Source of the DNA: Octopus vulgaris
Taxonomy: Eukaryota
NCBI GenBank assembly: GCA_951406725.2
Contig: OX597823.1
Coordinates: 103,664,001-103,728,000, forward strand
Reading direction: 5' to 3'
DNA: 64,000 bases
Shown here: positions 58,736 through 64,000 of the stretch, piece after piece
Layout of the letters: every line of letters starts with the position of its first letter
Position numbering within the stretch: position 1 is the first letter of the stretch
The notes under the pieces: generated by a model
Told to the model about the DNA's origin: nothing
Database searches by the model: none
Seen by the model: the letters and a program-made list of their open reading frames with translations, nothing else
Translations under genes and position numbers: made by a program

Positions 58736-58800
58736 TGTATGTATGTACGTATGTATGTATGTATGTATGTATGTATGTATGTATGTATGTATGTATGTAT
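58352..58800. repeat. (GTAT)n tetranucleotide array ~450 bp
   Basis: Direct reading. Confidence 0.98.
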
Positions 58801-59941
58801 GTGTGTATATATGCATGCATAAATGTATGTATGTATATATGTATGTGTGAAAGTCTATGTTTATATATATATATATATATATATATAACAAACCAGATGG
58901 CTTAATTTTAGGTACTTTATTCATATGAAACTTGACATAGTTTATATACGTGTGTTTGTGTGTATATATATACACACACACACATATATATGCATATATA
59001 TATATATATATATATACATACACACATACAGACACGTATATCTACGTATATACGCATGCACGTATGTGATTATACATACATACAGGCACACGCTGGTATG
59101 TACACAATATTTCTTCGCATGTACATACACACATTTATTCTGTTCTTGATGCCATTATCTCTGATTTTATCTGGATTTGTCTCTTAGCGCCTTTTTCTCA
59201 TATCATCTTCTCCTTACTTCTTGGTGTCGTATGATGATGATAATGATGCTGATGATGCTGATGATGCTGATGATGCTGATGATGACGATGATCATGTTAA
59301 CGACGATGACGACAAAGATGATGATGATTATCATCCTGATCATTATCAGTGTCATTTTTTCATTTGCCACTACGCATTTATTCTTCAGCTCCCTTTGAGA
59401 ACATCAATATAAAGATAGGGATGAATATGTCTACAGCTGTTACCAACACTTGAGAGAGATTCACGAGTCCATAAATAATCACGTGCGCGCGCGCACACAC
59501 ACACACGCTCACACCCACACACACACACGCTCACACCCACACACACACGCGCACACGAATACAATTCCGGGACAGCTCAAATGCGGATGTGTACGTTGCA
59601 AGACGAAACGCTGATATACATAAACATACATACGTACATACACGCATGAATACATACAAACATATATACATACATACCTACATGCATACATATACATACA
59701 TATGTGTGTGTATACATACAGCTCCATGTATATATAACCCATAAATATACATGTATCCATATACATATGTATGTATATTTGTCTGTATATGTGCATGCAT
59801 ATATTTATATATCTGGATATATATATATGTGTGTGTGTGTGTGAATGTATGTATATATATATATGCATACATACACATGTATATGTATATATATGCATTC
59901 ATATATATACACATACATATATGTAAACATATATATACATA

Positions 59942-59983
<42 letters not shown>

Positions 59984-60107
59984 CACACACACACATATAT
60001 ATATAAATAAATACATATATATATATATATGTATATATATATGTATATGTATATATATATGAATATATATATGAATATATATATTTATATGAATATATAT
60101 ATATGTA

Positions 60108-60159
<52 letters not shown>

Positions 60160-60218
60160 TATGTATATATATATATGTATATATATGTATATATATGTAT
60201 ATATATATGTATAATAAT

Positions 60219-60283
60219 AATATTAGGGAGTAAATCCAAACTTACAGGGAAAAATTAGATTTAGGATTAAATCTAATTTTTAG

Positions 60284-60324
<41 letters not shown>

Positions 60325-61500
60325 ATTAAATTAGAGATAAAACCACTATTAGGCAAATCAAACAGTGAAACTCATAAACCAATACATAGAAATAAAATTA
60401 ATTAATAAAAAATATATAAAATATAAAATATGAAATTCTAAATTTAAAATATTTAAATTAAAGTTAAAATTTAAAAAATTATTCAAATACCAGGAATTTT
60501 AGACTGCAAGAACTCAAAATCACCCTAATTGACAGACATTACCCAGCTCAACTCATAGAGGATGGGATCAGACGTGCAACAGAAATCAACATAGAAACTT
60601 TAAGAAAAGTTCAACACAACAACACACCTTCCCCGAAAATACTACCTTACATATCTACATACAACCCCAGAAACAAAGAAGCCTTCACCATCATCACCCA
60701 GAATTTACCAATACTTCATAAGGACCCCAAATTAAAGGAAATTCTAAACATACACCAAATCATTAAAAGCTACAAACAACCTAAATCACTTAAAAGATTC
60801 TCACAAAGGCAAAATTGTTTTCTGAAATTACGGATGCAAAAGTAAAAAAATGTGGTAGATCGAACTGTGCAACATGTCCAAGCCTGCTAGAAGGATCAGA
60901 ATTCCTCTTTAAAGAGGGACAGAAATTCAAGATCAAATCTAACTTTACTTGTGCCTCTGAAAACATAATTTATGTCATAAAATGCTCGGGCTGCCACCAA
61001 GACTACGTGGGATCCACGGGACTATCACTCAGACGTAGATGCACACTGCATCGACAACAGATTGCATTCCCAGAATACAGAATGATACCTTTTAGTGAGC
61101 ACATTGAGAAATGCGCAAAGCAATTACTACCACAATTTTTAATCTTTCCATTTTACCAATGTGCTATCGGATCATCAACACAAATTAGACTAAACAAGGA
61201 AACATTCTTCATTGAAAAGTACAAGCCCAGACTTAACCATCCCAACATACTGATACAGACAAATTCACACCAAGGGAAAGGAAAAAAGTTTTAAGCGATA
61301 ATCTCCCTTACACCGGAAGAAATCACTCATTACCTCCCCTTATTTAGAACTCTTTTAAACATAAACATAACGATAACTCTATTCAACATAAACATAACGT
61401 CGTAAGAAATTTGAAAAGCTAAACGCGAAACCTTCTAAACTATGTCATTGTAAGAAAAATTTTTTTAATATTCTTCAGACATATTGACTCAAATATATAT
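60219..61500 (+). mobile_element. 5'-truncated Penelope-like element (Neptune-type) between (TA)n tracts
   Basis: Coding remnant 60483-61294 preceded by an AT-rich terminal repeat also found at 7289-7556. Confidence 0.8.
60483..61294 (+). pseudogene. PLE RT thumb/linker + Cys linker + GIY-YIG endonuclease, one frameshift near 60793
   Basis: RLQELKITLIDRHYP..LPYISTYNP..SYKQPKSLK / KCGRSNCATC..FTCASENIIYVIKCSGCHQDYVGST..LRRRCTLHR..RLNKETFFIEKYKPRLN. Confidence 0.9.
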
Positions 61501-61545
61501 ATTTTAACCTTTAAGCCTTCTGTAGTTTTTTCACTTTTTACTATT

Positions 61546-61576
<31 letters not shown>

Positions 61577-61577
<1 letters not shown>

Positions 61578-61891
61578 TAAAGTTCATTTACCCACAGAAT
61601 GTGGCGGTCCTATAAAGGACGTTGTTACTGTTGTTTAAGCCAAAGGAGAACATCTTTTCCAGCTGGCTATCGACACACAGTCTTTGTCCATCACAAAAAT
61701 ATCACATAAATCTGCTACTCAGAGTTTCACGTTTGTTGAACCGACAAATGGGAACGTGAAACTCTGAGTAGCAGTTTTTTGTGATATCTTTGTGATGATT
61801 TTGCAGCAGATTAATAATAATGCATATTACCTACATCCGGCATTCGAGTACTATATTTCCCGACCTTTGCTCACATTCATGTGCTTACTGT

Positions 61892-61985
<94 letters not shown>

Positions 61986-62358
61986 GGGTAACAAATAAAC
62001 TTTACTATTCGGTACTGTTACTGTATATCTCCCACCGAGAGATTTAAAACAAGTTGTTTTTCTCTATACGAGATCAGCGACCCTGTGTCTTTAAATAATG
62101 TATAGTGTTTGCGAATGTAGAAAGCTTTCATCAACACCCAGTAATTGTCTCACATTGAGGGCGGGTAAGCACCCAAAAACTATGGTCTGTGAGTATCACG
62201 GAAGGCTGGAGATGGGACGGATGACCCCCCTAGCAAACACAATACGGGTACAGGCTGTGTCGATAGCCAGCTGGAAAAGATGATTTCTGGGTCTTAAACA
62301 GCAATAACATCGTCCTTCATAGGACCACCACATTCTGTTGGCAAATAAACTTTACTAT
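61577..62358. mobile_element. TA-flanked non-autonomous element with ~105-bp inverted termini (61577-61680 / 62254-62358)
   Basis: acagaatgtggcggtcctat..catcttttccagctggctatcgacac pairs with its reverse complement. Confidence 0.75.
61689..61797. repeat. Hairpin with 45-bp arms (3 mismatches), 19-nt loop, containing GAAACTCTGAGTA
   Basis: Direct reading. Confidence 0.9.
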
Positions 62359-62365
62359 ATTCATA

Positions 62366-62409
<44 letters not shown>

Positions 62410-62462
62410 TATATAATATATATATTTGTATATGTTTGTATATATGTGTATGTATATGCATG

Positions 62463-62493
<31 letters not shown>

Positions 62494-63712
62494 GTATGTA
62501 TGTATGTATGTACGTATGTAGAGGCTGTTTAAAATCTACGAGTAATGAGATACACCATCCATTAAGCTTGTCGTCGGATGACATGAAGTAAATTGATCAG
62601 AATTTCTGAAGAATATAGATAATGGGGATTAAAGTGAAATCGGTCTTTTGAAGAAACTGGCAAGAGTATTGCACATTTTTCGGAGTTATTTGGTTTCATC
62701 AGCGAAACATATTTTACTCGGTCGTAAAAACAAAGAATAAATACACACACACACACACACACACAAAAGCAAATCTTGTCTCAACAGTTTTTATCTCGCT
62801 GCTTTTTCAGCCGTTGTTGTTGGCACTAAAGTCCGCCATTGGAGTTTAGAGCTTACTGCCCTTCGTTCGTCTCAAACAGCTGAGCAAAGTGCCATTGGAA
62901 TCTGTCACGTATAAACCTCAAATAGTGTAACCCGCGCTGAGATTTTACTGAAACCATCAAGCACCTATACCACTGAAACCATCAAGTGACTGTCGTTCTC
63001 CCTGTGTCTAAGAGAGCGCATCTTAACTCTGACCTTATAACTTTAGTATTGTTGAAGAAATCGTCGTGCGCCATTATTGCCGTCACTATATGTTTAATGA
63101 AGCCTTTCGTAACCACATCGAGTTTTCTAACTTTTTCTAATTTACTGACTCACCACCTCTGCAATCTATTTGTCGTTTCTTCTATACCAAACCCTATCGA
63201 TTCTTGTTAAATCTTCATTAGAGTGCCTCGACACGGCTTGTTCACGATCATCCTTGTCATCACTGCCAAATCAGTCACCAAGACAGATTTTCACGCCAAG
63301 AACAACGCGGTCAGATTCCAGCAATCAGATCCCTGTCTATGCATTCTATGTAGGCCCATCATGAAGATCACAAATCTGTAGTCTGTGTTGATGATCAGTT
63401 GAAACTGCGTTCAACCTATGTCTTCATTATATCTATTAGCTGACCAAACGAATACCCTATCTGAATAGGATCTCATTTCCTCATGCAAGCGCTACTTTTC
63501 CCAGCGAATTTGCTGTGTCAACCTCAACCAGCAGCAGCAATATTAATAGTTGTTTCAAATATAGGTACAAGGCTTGAAATTTGGGGGAAGGAGGATTCAT
63601 GTTCTTTGAAAACGACTGGAACGACGATGGGAGAGATAAATAAATGTATGTCTGACGTCTGACTGTAAGAGTTATTGCACCATCACTTCCGGAACTTATA
63701 CATACATACATA

Positions 63713-63760
<48 letters not shown>

Positions 63761-63795
63761 CATAGATATATATATATATATATACATATACATAG

Positions 63796-63826
<31 letters not shown>

Positions 63827-64000
63827 CATAGATATATATATGCATACATACATACATACATACATACATACATACATACAAATGTATGTATGTATACACA
63901 CTCAACAGACATTCTGTGCTCGAGACGAAAATAAATAAATAAATAAAAACAAAACAAAATACTTTGTTACTTTAGTAAAAACCTTTCTTTAAACCTCTCA

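Noticed and set aside
62600-62650. CUGAAGA...GAAAUCGGUC hammerhead
   Set aside because: Helix I and helix II strands do not pair.
62780-63560. Possible retroelement coding remnant
   Set aside because: Frames are interrupted and no diagnostic motif was recognised.

Overview
AT-rich, extremely microsatellite-dense eukaryotic DNA. The SINE and repeat complement looks like a coleoid cephalopod (Octopus-type) genome, which is my inference from repeat style and is not proven. No complete host protein-coding gene is visible; nearly all listed ORFs are translated microsatellites. The recognisable content is mobile DNA: two decayed Penelope-like retroelements (RT+GIY-YIG at 40.5-42.3 kb, minus strand; linker+GIY-YIG at 60.5-61.3 kb), a full-length dead maT/DD37D transposon, three Tc1/mariner deletion derivatives, a 5'-truncated RTE LINE with a 13-bp TSD, and dozens of tRNA-derived SINE copies in about four groups. 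The most interesting signal is a dispersed set of type I hammerhead-ribozyme-like motifs (3.4, 8.8/9.0, 13.1+44.7, 57.3/57.7 and 61.7 kb, plus weaker ones). They have palindromic helix III and non-canonical helix II bases, and sit in short non-coding direct or inverted repeat cassettes (PLE pseudo-LTR or retrozyme-like); several cassettes fold back at or near the ribozyme. A speculative chain of minus-strand exons (44.2, 36.8, 28.6, 28.5 kb) may belong to a host gene whose introns contain much of this.
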